Shown here: positions 10,174 through 20,014 of the stretch, one piece after another
How the letters are laid out: each line of letters begins with the position of its first letter
Numbering within the stretch: the first letter of the stretch is position 1
From: Candidatus Terrybacteria bacterium RIFCSPHIGHO2_01_FULL_48_17
GTDB lineage: Bacteria; Patescibacteriota; Minisyncoccia; Terrybacterales; 2-01-FULL-58-14
Assembly: GCA_001822835.1 (NCBI GenBank)
Contig: MHSS01000015.1
Coordinates: 2,113-66,112, forward strand
Reading direction: 5' to 3'
Length of the DNA stretch: 64,000 nucleotides
The notes under the pieces: generated by a model
Databases searched by the model: none
What the model was told of the DNA's origin: nothing
Seen by the model: the letters and a program-made list of their open reading frames with translations, nothing else
Translations under genes and position numbers: made by a program

Positions 10174-10218
10174 ATTATACCACGGATAACCCAATCTTTC
10201 GCTGACTCATGGTATAAT
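10174..10218. promoter_or_regulatory. Back-to-back extended -10 promoters (TGgTATAAT on each strand)
   Basis: Minus-strand TATAAT at 10174-10179 and plus-strand TATAAT at 10213-10218, each 6-7 nt from an ATG. Confidence 0.6.
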
Positions 10219-10225
10219 AAAGTTA

Positions 10226-11779
10226 ATGGGAAAACATACGGTATGGGCGCTGTTGGGCATCATTATTATTGGTGCCATTTTCCGTTTGTTAAATCTCACC
10301 ACTACCCCACCCGGCCTTTGGCCGGATGAGGCCGTAAATGGGCTCAATGCCCTTGAGGCGTTGTCCCAAGGCGACTTTAAAGTATTTTATACCGACAATT
10401 TCGGGCGTGAGGGACTTTTTATTAACCTGCAGGCCTTTTCTATAAGCATTTTTGGCGCAACATCGTGGGCACTCCGCTTTGTGGCGGCTGTTATAGGCAT
10501 CTTTACAGTAGGTGCCCTTTTTTTTGTGGGACGAGAACTTTTCACAAAAACATATCATCCTCACATGACAGCCCTTGTGGCTTCCTTGTTGGGCGCCGTT
10601 TCGTTTTGGCATGTAAACTTTTCGCGAATCGGATTTCGCGCGATTCTTTTGCCGCTTTTTGCATCACTTGCGGTCTGGTGGATGATTTCCGCCATGCGCA
10701 ACCGTTCGCAAATAGCGTTTGCGGCATCTGGATTTATGTACGGAATTTCTCTTTCAACATATATCTCCGCCCGTTTTCTGCCTATTCTTGCGCTCGTGTG
10801 TTTTGTTTATGACCTGTGGCGGGAGCATAAAAACAAGAACGGAGCCCAATGGAAGTCCTTTGTCATTGTCTGGGGATGGTGTTTTATCGGGTTTTTTGTC
10901 GCGGCACTACCGCTTTTGGGATATTTTGCTTATCATCCGGCAGATTTTTTTGGGCGCGCAAATGATGTAGCCGTTTTTGCAGCAGCAGATCCTATCGCCG
11001 AATTTACGCGCTCACTCACAAAAACATTAGGCATGTTTCATGTGGCGGGTGACAATAATTTTCGACATAATCTTGGAGGATCGCCTCAGCTTGATTTATT
11101 GAGCGGTATTCTTTTCCTTACGGGCATCGCAGTTGCTCTATCGCTATTACTGCGCCTGCGAAACGCAAAGGGAAGAAGATTTTATATGGTGGTACTTTTT
11201 GTGTGGTTTGGCCTCATGCTCCTTCCGGGAATCCTTTCTCAAGAAGGCGTACCGCATGCTTTAAGAACACTTGGCGCGATTCCCCCGGTGATGTTAATTG
11301 CGGCACTGGGGTTTGGTTGGCTTGCAGAAAGAACGACGAAAATGTTGGGACGTCAGTGGTCACACATCGCATTAATGGGTTTACTGACTATCGTTTCTGT
11401 TATTAATTTTTACCAATATTTTTTTGTATGGGCCTCACATCCGGAAACACAAAAAGCGTTTCGGTATGATCTTACTGTTATGGCAAAGGTGCTGCGAGAA
11501 CAGCACATATATACTCAAAAAGTTGTTGTCATCAACCAGCCGGGCGCAACGGTTGAAAATTCTTTTATTGAGCTCGCTCCCATACGCTTTTTAGATTATG
11601 CGGATTCGACCATTATCTACAAAGAAAGCACACGGCTTGCGGAAATTATCCCTCAATTTGAAAAAACCATGCTCGTTCCACTCCAAGCAAATGATCAGGA
11701 ATTAGAAGCTTCACTGCGAGCGCTTTTCCCAACGGTAAAACGCAAAGAAACACAAGGAATAGAATACTTCTCACTATAA
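10226..11779 (+). CDS. GT39/ArnT-like (GT-C) membrane glycosyltransferase
   Basis: PPGLWPDEA motif, many TM helices, SRIGFR and PHALR motifs. Confidence 0.85.
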   Translation: MGKHTVWALLGIIIIGAIFRLLNLTTTPPGLWPDEAVNGLNALEALSQGDFKVFYTDNFGREGLFINLQAFSISIFGATSWALRFVAAVIGIFTVGALFFVGRELFTKTYHPHMTALVASLLGAVSFWHVNFSRIGFRAILLPLFASLAVWWMISAMRNRSQIAFAASGFMYGISLSTYISARFLPILALVCFVYDLWREHKNKNGAQWKSFVIVWGWCFIGFFVAALPLLGYFAYHPADFFGRANDVAVFAAADPIAEFTRSLTKTLGMFHVAGDNNFRHNLGGSPQLDLLSGILFLTGIAVALSLLLRLRNAKGRRFYMVVLFVWFGLMLLPGILSQEGVPHALRTLGAIPPVMLIAALGFGWLAERTTKMLGRQWSHIALMGLLTIVSVINFYQYFFVWASHPETQKAFRYDLTVMAKVLREQHIYTQKVVVINQPGATVENSFIELAPIRFLDYADSTIIYKESTRLAEIIPQFEKTMLVPLQANDQELEASLRALFPTVKRKETQGIEYFSL

Positions 11780-11788
11780 ACCTAAGAT

Positions 11789-13648
11789 ATGCTTTGGCGC
11801 TTTTTTAAACTCGACATGTTGCTTGCGGCATTTCTTTTAACGGTAATGGCCGTTTCGGCATTTAGTTCGTCCTGGGGGGATACGCTTACGTATGACGAGG
11901 ATGCTCATATTGGAGCAGCGGTTTCTTATATTACCCAAAAGGACATGCGCCTCAATCCCGAACATCCGCCACTTGTTAAGGATCTCGCGGCGCTCCCGCT
12001 TCTTTTTATTCCAAACCTTATTGTGCCGACTAATCACCCTTCGTGGATCGATGAAGTAAACGGGCAATGGAATTTTGGAAAGGCGTTTCTGTTCGAATCT
12101 GGAAATGATGCCGACCTTATCGTGCGATTAGCACGTATTATGCCGATGGTTTTGATGCTTTTGCTTGGCGCGGTTTTGTTCTGGGTGGTACGCGAAATAG
12201 GAGGAACGCTCTCCGGACTTTTTGCGCTTGCGCTTTTTGTTTTTTCACCAACTATTCTTGCACATGGGCGTTTGGTCACGACAGACGTTGCGGCGGCATT
12301 AGGGGCGTTTCTTGCAACCTATTTGCTCCTGCGGTACTTCGCAAAGCCAACATGGAAACGTCTTTTTGCTGCCGGAATTGCATTTGGGATTGCGGAGGCA
12401 TTAAAATTCTCACTTATTTTATTAATTCCCTACTTTGCCGTACTTGCTTTTGCGTGGTGGCTGTTTTCTTTCATATCTTTTAAAAAAGATGTGGCGAAAT
12501 CGTTGTGTATATTTTTAGGAGGAACGGTGCTTGTCGGCATCATTGGCTATATGGGTATCGTTTATCCCCTTTATATGTGGCATGTCTGGGATTATCCGCA
12601 GAGCAGACAAGTTGCAGATATCCGTGCAACGCTTGCCAATAATCCAAACCAAACACTCACTACAATTCCCGAACAAATGGCCCGTAACTTTTTGTTACGT
12701 CCCCTTGCCCAATACGCTTTTGGGATTACCATGGCCACACAGCGGGTGGCGGGCGGCAATACAACGTATTTTTTGAGAGAAGTTTCCGCAGAAGGACGAT
12801 GGTATTATTTCCCGATAGTGTTTGCTCTCAAAGAACCGACGGCAATGTTTGCTCTTGTATTACTTGCGCTTATGACGGGCCTTTATGCCTTCCGAATGGC
12901 AATATCCCGCTCTTTATCGGGATCGCAGGGTTTGAGGAACGCGATTTTAGAAATTGTGAAGTGGAAACGTAAACATTTCGTGCATATCGCGTTTCTTCTC
13001 TGGATTCTTTTTTATCTTGCCGTTTCAATCAAAGGCAATCTCAATATCGGCATACGGCATCTTATTCCTATTTATCCCTTTTTGTTTGCACTCACCGCAA
13101 TTGGGCTCGCGGTATGGCTTAAGCGCGAACGGCATGGTAAACCCGGAGGGTTTCGCACTATTCTCGAAAATACCAGGGGGCTTTTCGCCAGCGGAGCAAA
13201 AGGAGCTGTAGTCGCTGTTTTTTTCGGAATGCTTGCAGTTGGTACGATTCGCGCGTGGCCATACTATCTAACCCATTTTAATATCCTTGGGGGAGGATCC
13301 GAAAATGGATACGTCTACGTCGTTGACTCAAATCTTGATTGGGGTCAGGATCTTAAGCGTTTGGCCAACTTTGTTGAAGAAAACAACATAAAGAAAATTG
13401 CAATCGACTATTTTGGATTAGCACCCCCAGAATATTACATAAAGAATGCGGTAATAGAACATTGGTGGGCAGAAAGAGGACGGCCGTCGGGATGGTTTGC
13501 GGTTTCCGCGACCTTCCGACAGGGACAGTGCGCACGCCCTGGACAAAAATTCCAGGGTCTAACCAGACAATACTGTTTTCTCAACGCCTATACCCCTATA
13601 GCCGTCATTGGTCATTCAATATTTGTATATAATTTTTCGCCTCAATAA
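11789..13648 (+). CDS. GT39/ArnT-like (GT-C) membrane glycosyltransferase
   Basis: TYDEDAH, NPEHPPL, LVTTD and DSNLDWGQDL motifs; many TM helices. Confidence 0.85.
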   Translation: MLWRFFKLDMLLAAFLLTVMAVSAFSSSWGDTLTYDEDAHIGAAVSYITQKDMRLNPEHPPLVKDLAALPLLFIPNLIVPTNHPSWIDEVNGQWNFGKAFLFESGNDADLIVRLARIMPMVLMLLLGAVLFWVVREIGGTLSGLFALALFVFSPTILAHGRLVTTDVAAALGAFLATYLLLRYFAKPTWKRLFAAGIAFGIAEALKFSLILLIPYFAVLAFAWWLFSFISFKKDVAKSLCIFLGGTVLVGIIGYMGIVYPLYMWHVWDYPQSRQVADIRATLANNPNQTLTTIPEQMARNFLLRPLAQYAFGITMATQRVAGGNTTYFLREVSAEGRWYYFPIVFALKEPTAMFALVLLALMTGLYAFRMAISRSLSGSQGLRNAILEIVKWKRKHFVHIAFLLWILFYLAVSIKGNLNIGIRHLIPIYPFLFALTAIGLAVWLKRERHGKPGGFRTILENTRGLFASGAKGAVVAVFFGMLAVGTIRAWPYYLTHFNILGGGSENGYVYVVDSNLDWGQDLKRLANFVEENNIKKIAIDYFGLAPPEYYIKNAVIEHWWAERGRPSGWFAVSATFRQGQCARPGQKFQGLTRQYCFLNAYTPIAVIGHSIFVYNFSPQ

Positions 13649-13649
13649 A

Positions 13650-15383
13650 ATGGCTACGATTAATCGTTCCAAAGAGCAACTCCAAGAATTACAAAACGAT
13701 ATTGCGGCAAATATCCGGCTGCGAATCGCAATTATCGTTTCGTATGGAGTGCTATTTGGTTTATTGCATCTTTTGGCAGTGCGTCAAAGTCCAGTATCAT
13801 GGGCCGTTCTTGGGGCTGCGCTCGTTACGACATTTATTATTTGGCTGCTTTTTATTCGTTTTCCCATTTCTCCAGATCCAGAACGCCTTGCCGATGCCTA
13901 CTTCTGGTTCTTAATGGCCGATATGGTCGGAGTAACCATAGGATTGATGCTGGGAGGAGGATTTGGGATTAACGGAGTCCTTATACCGCTTATCTATGTT
14001 GTGCACGGTTCTCTTGTATTCCCAAGCGTAATCCAGCGCACCGTGGTATTTATTGTAGCCACGGGCTTGTATTTTGCGGCTTCGGCCGCTGAATTTGCAG
14101 GAATCGTCAAGGTTGACTATGTTTTTCCGTTTCTGGAGGATGCAGCAAAAGATCCAGGAATCTTCTTCACCAAGCTAGTCATTACCACCGTTGCCATCCC
14201 GATTTTGGGTTTTTACACGAATATCTATGCCAACCGGCTCCAGATAAGAAGAAAGGAGCTCTGGCGAGAACGGGATTACTTAGCAACAATTCTTGCAAAC
14301 CTTACCGCAGGAATCATTGTGTTAGGAGAAAACCAAAAAATCGTCTACACAAATGCCATCGCTGCCCGTCTGCTTGGCGAACCAAAAGAGATAAAAATCG
14401 GGGCTGATCTTTCAACTATCGGGCTGCTTTCGCGAGAACAAAAGTTACGGGAAGAATTTCTAGTACTTATTCAAAGCGTCTTAGATAAGAAAGAGTCGCG
14501 CTCAGCCACTCTCTCGATGGGGCCTCTCTTGGTTTCTGTTACCCCTATTCCCATTCCCCCGCCCACCATCACCGCATTGCGAACCATCCTTGTCTTGCAA
14601 GACGTAACGCGGGAAAAACTACTCGACGCGCTCAAATCCGATTTCGTTACCATTGCCGCCCACCAATTGCGCACACCCTTATCAACCTTGAAGTGGACCA
14701 TCAACGAGCTTCTGAACGAAAGTTTCGGGTCTGTCGCGGAAGAGCAGGCACAAGCGCTGCGCAATGCCTTCAGCACAACGGAAAACATGATTCATCTTCT
14801 AGGGGATCTACTTGAATCAGTACGTTTTGAGGAAGGAAAATTCGCATACGAATTCAAACCAATCGTCTTGGAGGATCTTGCCCAAAAAGTCATTGCGGAT
14901 ACCACATCGCTTGCAAAATCAAGAAGGGTAGAGCTTTCTCTCGCGCTCCCCACTCCCCCTCTTCCTCCAATCGTATGCGATCCTGAAAGAATTAATTTTG
15001 TGCTCACAACTTTTGTAGACAATGCAATCACCTATAACCACGAAGGGGGCAAGGTACAGGTTATCCTCGAAGCAAAGCCGGACGAAGTCATTGTCGAGGT
15101 GCAAGACAATGGCATTGGAATACCCCAACGAGAGCAAACGATGCTGTTTACCAAATTCTTTCGTGCTTCAAACGCCATCCGAACAGAAGCGACAGGATAC
15201 GGCCTTGGACTTTACATCGCACGCAATATCGTCGAAGGGCATGGAGGAAATATGTGGATGCGATCGGAAGAAGGGAAAGGGTCAACGTTTGGATTCAGCT
15301 TGCCGCTTAATCCGGAACGCCTCCCGAGAGGACCCCAAGAACTTATTGCAGCACGTTTACGCATACCGATGCGACCAAAATAA
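13650..15383 (+). CDS. Membrane sensor histidine kinase (multi-TM, PAS-like, HisKA, HATPase)
   Basis: H-box AAHQLRTPL, N-box DNAITY, G1 DNGIGI, G2 GYGLGL. Confidence 0.93.
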   Translation: MATINRSKEQLQELQNDIAANIRLRIAIIVSYGVLFGLLHLLAVRQSPVSWAVLGAALVTTFIIWLLFIRFPISPDPERLADAYFWFLMADMVGVTIGLMLGGGFGINGVLIPLIYVVHGSLVFPSVIQRTVVFIVATGLYFAASAAEFAGIVKVDYVFPFLEDAAKDPGIFFTKLVITTVAIPILGFYTNIYANRLQIRRKELWRERDYLATILANLTAGIIVLGENQKIVYTNAIAARLLGEPKEIKIGADLSTIGLLSREQKLREEFLVLIQSVLDKKESRSATLSMGPLLVSVTPIPIPPPTITALRTILVLQDVTREKLLDALKSDFVTIAAHQLRTPLSTLKWTINELLNESFGSVAEEQAQALRNAFSTTENMIHLLGDLLESVRFEEGKFAYEFKPIVLEDLAQKVIADTTSLAKSRRVELSLALPTPPLPPIVCDPERINFVLTTFVDNAITYNHEGGKVQVILEAKPDEVIVEVQDNGIGIPQREQTMLFTKFFRASNAIRTEATGYGLGLYIARNIVEGHGGNMWMRSEEGKGSTFGFSLPLNPERLPRGPQELIAARLRIPMRPK

Positions 15384-15400
15384 TTACAGTTTCGTGAAAC

Positions 15401-15431
15401 AAAAATGCGGCCTTCCGGGGCCGCATTTTTT
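15401..15431. terminator. Bidirectional intrinsic terminator
   Basis: AAAAATGCGGCC-TTCCGG-GGCCGCATTTTT between convergent genes. Confidence 0.75.
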
Positions 15432-15457
15432 GTTACACGATTTGCGCAGTTTCTCGT

Positions 15458-16300
15458 TTACTTATAAAATACTTTCCCTGGCGTGCGAACATCAATATAT
15501 TCCAAGGCAAGTCGCTCCTCCGGAGAAATTACCTGCGCCAATACTTCTCGCAGCGCCGATGCCTGTGCCGCAAGATCTCCTGCGGGATCAATAATCACGA
15601 ACCAACGTTGCGCGGTCTCCGCGCGAAATTCATGTTCACCTGCACGGATGATGCGTACCACAAGCACTCCAGCAATATTTTTTAATATATCTCGAACTTC
15701 AGATAACGCCCCAAGTTCTTCCTCGGAAAAAACCGATTCTCCAAGATGTGCATCCGCGCGTGTCGTATCAATAATACTTATCACCAATGCTCCTTCGGAT
15801 TTTGGCGCCTCGTCAAAAAGAACGCCATAACGATCTGCGGCAAAACATTGCTGGGTATCTATAGTGCCCTGCTCAAACTCCTTGCCCACACACCAAAGGG
15901 CAGCAAGTGTCCGCTCTTGTATATGAACGAAAAATCCAAAGGGCCGCAGAGTGTAACGAATGTTTACTTCTTGAAGGCGTGGAAATTCTTGCACTAACAC
16001 GGCGCGGATATCCGCGGGTCTCAAAAACACCATGCTCATTTGCGCAACGCCAAATCGTTTTCCAGAAAAATGATCGACGATAACCTGCTGCATAGCATCG
16101 GGCGAGACGCGGTCAGCGCCTTCAAACCGAACATGCTTAACATTCAAAAGACCCATTGGGCCAATAACATACCACACGCCACCAAAAAGAGCTATGATAA
16201 AAATGCCGCCAAGAATTATCCGAGGCGGTATTTTAAGTTTTTGCGGAAAGACGAAAGATTTGTTTTTTCTCCTTGCCTTACGATAACGGATAGTTCCCAT
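15458..16300 (-). CDS. ftsQ: Cell division protein FtsQ/DivIB-like (POTRA domain)
   Basis: Basic N-terminus, one TM helix, POTRA-like segment, C-terminal EYIDVR...KVFYK. Confidence 0.7.
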   Translation of the reverse strand: MGTIRYRKARRKNKSFVFPQKLKIPPRIILGGIFIIALFGGVWYVIGPMGLLNVKHVRFEGADRVSPDAMQQVIVDHFSGKRFGVAQMSMVFLRPADIRAVLVQEFPRLQEVNIRYTLRPFGFFVHIQERTLAALWCVGKEFEQGTIDTQQCFAADRYGVLFDEAPKSEGALVISIIDTTRADAHLGESVFSEEELGALSEVRDILKNIAGVLVVRIIRAGEHEFRAETAQRWFVIIDPAGDLAAQASALREVLAQVISPEERLALEYIDVRTPGKVFYK

Positions 16301-16345
16301 ACAATATTAAAGGATAGGAATTAGGGAATAGAATACGCCCGGGGA

Positions 16346-17488
16346 TTAGATTAAAACGCGGGGAAGCAAAGGATTGATACGGCTTAACACTTCGTATGGG
16401 ATCGTTCCAAGTTTCTCGGCAAGCATATCTGCGGAAATCTCATCTTGTGCTTGTTCCCCAATAAGCACTGCCTCATCTCCCATTTTTGCAGCGGTAATCT
16501 GCGTGACATCTACCATGATCATATTCATACAAACCCGGCCTAATACCTTTGCGCGCAATCCTCGTATCAATACCTCGCCAGCGCGAGAAAGCGCACGATC
16601 ATATCCATCAAAATATCCCACAGGTAACACCGCAATGCGGCTATCGCGGTTTACTTTTTCGGAAAGCCCGTAGCCGACCGGTGTTCCCAAAGGCACATTT
16701 TTAACCTGTGCAATTCGTGTTTTCCAGGACAACACCGGCTTTAAGTGTAATTCCTTCCCATGAATTTCGGCAGCTTTTGCAACTTCAGGCGAAGGCCAAA
16801 TGCCATAAAGCGCGATGCCCACGCGCACCAAATCAAAATGAGTTTCTGGGTGTAAAAGCGCTGCGGCAGAGGCCGCCACATGCCGTATCAAGTTCGGGAA
16901 GCCAGTTTTTGCGCTCTCGTTTAGCGCACGCTTAAATTCCGAAAGCTGGGCGCGAAAATAAGAGCGGTCGTGGGTATCTTCAACATTTGCAAGGTGGGTC
17001 GCGATCCCCTCCGGCACAATCCACGAAGAAGTTCGCGCAGCGTTTAATATCTTTGAAACCTCTTCGGGCCACATTCCCTGTCGCGTAGTGCCGGTTTCAA
17101 CCTTTATATGAATTTTTGCCGGTTTTCGTTGCTCAAGGCCAGCTGCAGCAAGACCCAACATAGTATCGTGATCATAGACCACTTGACGCAAGCCCGCGCG
17201 TACAATATCTGCTAAGCGATCCTCCGGAGTCCAGCCCAACACCAATATGGGTGCGGCCACTCCTTTCTCGCGGAGCATTAATCCCTCATCAACCGAGTCA
17301 ACCCCGAACCACTCGGCTTCGTCAGCAAGGAGTTGTGCGACCTCCGATAATCCGTGACCGTAGGCATTTGCTTTAACTACCGCTAAAAAACGCGTTGATG
17401 GCGACAATAATTTTTTAAGCTCCCGGACATTATGCCGTAAAGCATCGCGGTCAATTTCTACCCATGTTCGATGTTGAGAGCTTGACAT
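16346..17488 (-). CDS. alr: Alanine racemase
   Basis: AVVKANAYGHG PLP-lysine motif; GRVCMN and TIPYE motifs. Confidence 0.96.
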   Translation of the reverse strand: MSSSQHRTWVEIDRDALRHNVRELKKLLSPSTRFLAVVKANAYGHGLSEVAQLLADEAEWFGVDSVDEGLMLREKGVAAPILVLGWTPEDRLADIVRAGLRQVVYDHDTMLGLAAAGLEQRKPAKIHIKVETGTTRQGMWPEEVSKILNAARTSSWIVPEGIATHLANVEDTHDRSYFRAQLSEFKRALNESAKTGFPNLIRHVAASAAALLHPETHFDLVRVGIALYGIWPSPEVAKAAEIHGKELHLKPVLSWKTRIAQVKNVPLGTPVGYGLSEKVNRDSRIAVLPVGYFDGYDRALSRAGEVLIRGLRAKVLGRVCMNMIMVDVTQITAAKMGDEAVLIGEQAQDEISADMLAEKLGTIPYEVLSRINPLLPRVLI

Positions 17489-17509
17489 AGAAATAAGGGT
17501 TTGTATAAT
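17482..17509 (+). promoter_or_regulatory. Consensus sigma70 promoter for the 17546 ORF
   Basis: TTGACA-16 bp-TATAAT; overlaps the alr start codon on the opposite strand. Confidence 0.6.
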
Positions 17510-17545
17510 ACTGTTAGTACGTTAACTCAAAAGGAGAGAGAAATA

Positions 17546-17860
17546 ATGGAGCTTACAATAGCGCTTGCAGCTGCGCTGGGATGGCTCGTAGGAACGGTAA
17601 CGGTTTCAGACCTGCTGTGGCACATTGCTTATGATGCTCTAGGAGCTAAACTCGGTCCAAAAGTTGGGTTTGAAACCAACGATCCCAGCAGAGTTTGTCC
17701 CCTGGAGGCAACGTGGGTTGGCAAGATGGCCCTCAATGCCTTCTGGCCCTTGGCTTTAACGGCTGCTATCTTTTTCCTCGCGATTATCTTCATTGGGGCA
17801 ATTGTGGGAACTATTATCATAATAATAACCACTCTTGCCAAGCGACATTCAACAAAGTAA
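17546..17860 (+). CDS. Hypothetical membrane protein
   Basis: Shine-Dalgarno AAGGAG, two hydrophobic segments, terminator-like hairpin at 17865-17884. Confidence 0.6.
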   Translation: MELTIALAAALGWLVGTVTVSDLLWHIAYDALGAKLGPKVGFETNDPSRVCPLEATWVGKMALNAFWPLALTAAIFFLAIIFIGAIVGTIIIIITTLAKRHSTK

Positions 17861-17928
17861 TTCGAAACGGTCTTCGGGCCGTTTTTATTCTGCCCGCTCA
17901 ACTTTTTGTTGAGCGAGGCTCGCCCGCC

Positions 17929-18504
17929 TCATGCGTGAGGCAAGGCGGCCCGCTCTACATATTCCCCGGTTTTGGTATTTACGCGTACCACGTCGCCCTG
18001 CTTGATGAAAAACGGGGTGTTTATCTTTAGGCCCGTCTCCACAAGCACTGTCTTTTTGCCACTGGTTGCGGTATCTCCCCTTTCCGACGGCGGCGCTTCA
18101 ACGACTTTAAGATCAACTTTTACAGGGAGTTCGATATTCATTATTTGATCATCGAATAGAAGTGCGGTAACTTCTATATTTGGCACGAGATAAAACCGAG
18201 CGTCGCTAATCTGGTTTTCTGATAACTCAAAACGGTTTTTGGGGTTATCGGATTCTGCAAACACAAACTTGCCTCGATTGCTATAAATAAACTGGGCAGG
18301 CATTTTAGTAAGTTCTGCCTCTTCAAAGCGGCCTGCCTGCTTAAAGGAGCGCGATACCGTTGCGCCAGTGCGAAGGTTTTTTATTTTCGCCTGCATCTGG
18401 CCGGTGGACTGCGCCTTTTTGATAAACTGCGTTTCCAAAACCACCCAGGGATCATCATCCATTTTAAATGTGGTGCCTACACGGAGGTCAAAGTTTGAAA
18501 GCAT
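17929..18504 (-). CDS. efp: Elongation factor P
   Basis: KIKNLRTG, PPSERGDTA, VETGL and VNTKTGEYVER motifs; start at ATG 18504. Confidence 0.95.
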   Translation of the reverse strand: MLSNFDLRVGTTFKMDDDPWVVLETQFIKKAQSTGQMQAKIKNLRTGATVSRSFKQAGRFEEAELTKMPAQFIYSNRGKFVFAESDNPKNRFELSENQISDARFYLVPNIEVTALLFDDQIMNIELPVKVDLKVVEAPPSERGDTATSGKKTVLVETGLKINTPFFIKQGDVVRVNTKTGEYVERAALPHA

Positions 18505-18587
18505 ATGAATGCATGCGAATAAACTTGTAAACCGCGTAATGATATGGTACGAAAAAAGTAGCTTTTTTACAAGAGAAAGGGTAGGTC

Positions 18588-18803
18588 TTGATGGATTATG
18601 TCTTTTCGGGAATTGTGTTGTGGTTCTTTTTGGGGGCAATCGTTATTGGAACTAAAATCAGTATCGCGTATGCCGAACATCAAGCAGTAAAAGGAACGGG
18701 AATTATAAGTTATTTTATTTCCTCGCTTCTTCTTTTGGTGATCGCAAGTATGCTGTGGCCAATTTTCGCCTATCTTCGATGGAGATACAAAAAGAAATCG
18801 TAA
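18588..18803 (+). CDS. Small membrane protein
   Basis: 71 aa, two TM helices, followed by a hairpin and T-run at 18822-18845. Confidence 0.55.
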   Translation: MMDYVFSGIVLWFFLGAIVIGTKISIAYAEHQAVKGTGIISYFISSLLLLVIASMLWPIFAYLRWRYKKKS

Positions 18804-18846
18804 GAATGTCCATCCCATCGCAACCCGTCAAAGAGGCGGGTTTTTC

Positions 18847-20007
18847 TTATGCAGCCGCCTCTCTTTTGGTGTTTGCAAAATAGCGTTTGCGCGCTTCTTG
18901 CGGGAAAACTTCATCGTAGCTTCTTTCAAATGTTTCACGCATCAACGTCGAAAGTTCGCCGAATTTTGCCCTCCTCATTTCCGCAACCAAAGAGGCGAAC
19001 ATACTTAATGATCCGCGGGCTGCAGTCCAATCGCCATTTCGACCCCTTTCTGTCGTAAGGTCCCCCACCGAATCTAAATCGACTATGCGTGCATCAAGCG
19101 TGATATTATGTGGAGTAAGAAAATCATGATGCCAGCCATTTTCGTGCATATGTGCAACATTTTTGCCAAGCGTTTTTGCAAACCACAAAAAATAGTCGGG
19201 GTATGATAAGTGTATATCGCCCTTCTGTTGTACCATCTGGGACACCAGAGCTCTTGCATCATTTAAAAGTAGCTCTGGATTTTCGTGAGATTCAAGGTCT
19301 TGGATCCTCGTTTTCGTTCCAAAGGCGCGCATTTCAAGCACTGGCTGAAAGCTTGGGTCCAATAACCCTCGGTTTCGTACTTCTTCAAGCCCTACCCTTT
19401 TTTCATCCACGAGTAACTCTTCAAGTTTTATAATTCCAACGGTTCGAGAAGTTGAAATGCCGGCGCGCAAAAATGCCTCGCTTGTATCACGATCGTACAA
19501 GGCCAAATTATAATCGAGAAGCCCTCGCTTCCCCAAAGTATAATCCAATTCGCCCCCCGGTTGCGTCACATGTGCATTCTTGCTCCCAGAAAAGAAGCGA
19601 GGGAATTCAATGCTCCCGATTCCTTTGATATCAACATCACGGTATAAATTCCCCTGTGCATCCTGAAAAATAACGCGTCCCAAAAGCGTGGAGCGTCTGT
19701 GTTCTGGAGAAACCTCAAGAAGACATCTTCCCTCGCTGTCTTGTTTTAAACGACGGTGCAACTCCGTGGGAAACGACATTTCCGCAAACATTCCAAGCGG
19801 TGTCGACTTTCCCTCTTCGATCCGAAATGGGAGATTTGGGAAATCAGGATTAACCCAATCAACCGTGTTTTTGACTTCGGCAAACTGAACCAGGCGCTCA
19901 CGCCAGTGCTCGCTCGCATATTGTTCAAGCTCCCCGCCTTTTCCCGTTGGCAATTCTCGTTCCGGCACAATATAGGGTCTTCTACGATTATCGGGGTTCG
20001 ACCCCAA
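18847..20007 (-). CDS. Protein-kinase-fold hypothetical protein, SelO/YdiU-like
   Basis: DIKGIG, SEAFLRAGISTSR and GWHHDFLTPHNITLDARIVDLD motifs. Confidence 0.6.
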   Translation of the reverse strand: MGSNPDNRRRPYIVPERELPTGKGGELEQYASEHWRERLVQFAEVKNTVDWVNPDFPNLPFRIEEGKSTPLGMFAEMSFPTELHRRLKQDSEGRCLLEVSPEHRRSTLLGRVIFQDAQGNLYRDVDIKGIGSIEFPRFFSGSKNAHVTQPGGELDYTLGKRGLLDYNLALYDRDTSEAFLRAGISTSRTVGIIKLEELLVDEKRVGLEEVRNRGLLDPSFQPVLEMRAFGTKTRIQDLESHENPELLLNDARALVSQMVQQKGDIHLSYPDYFLWFAKTLGKNVAHMHENGWHHDFLTPHNITLDARIVDLDSVGDLTTERGRNGDWTAARGSLSMFASLVAEMRRAKFGELSTLMRETFERSYDEVFPQEARKRYFANTKREAAA

Positions 20008-20014
20008 TAGTAAA

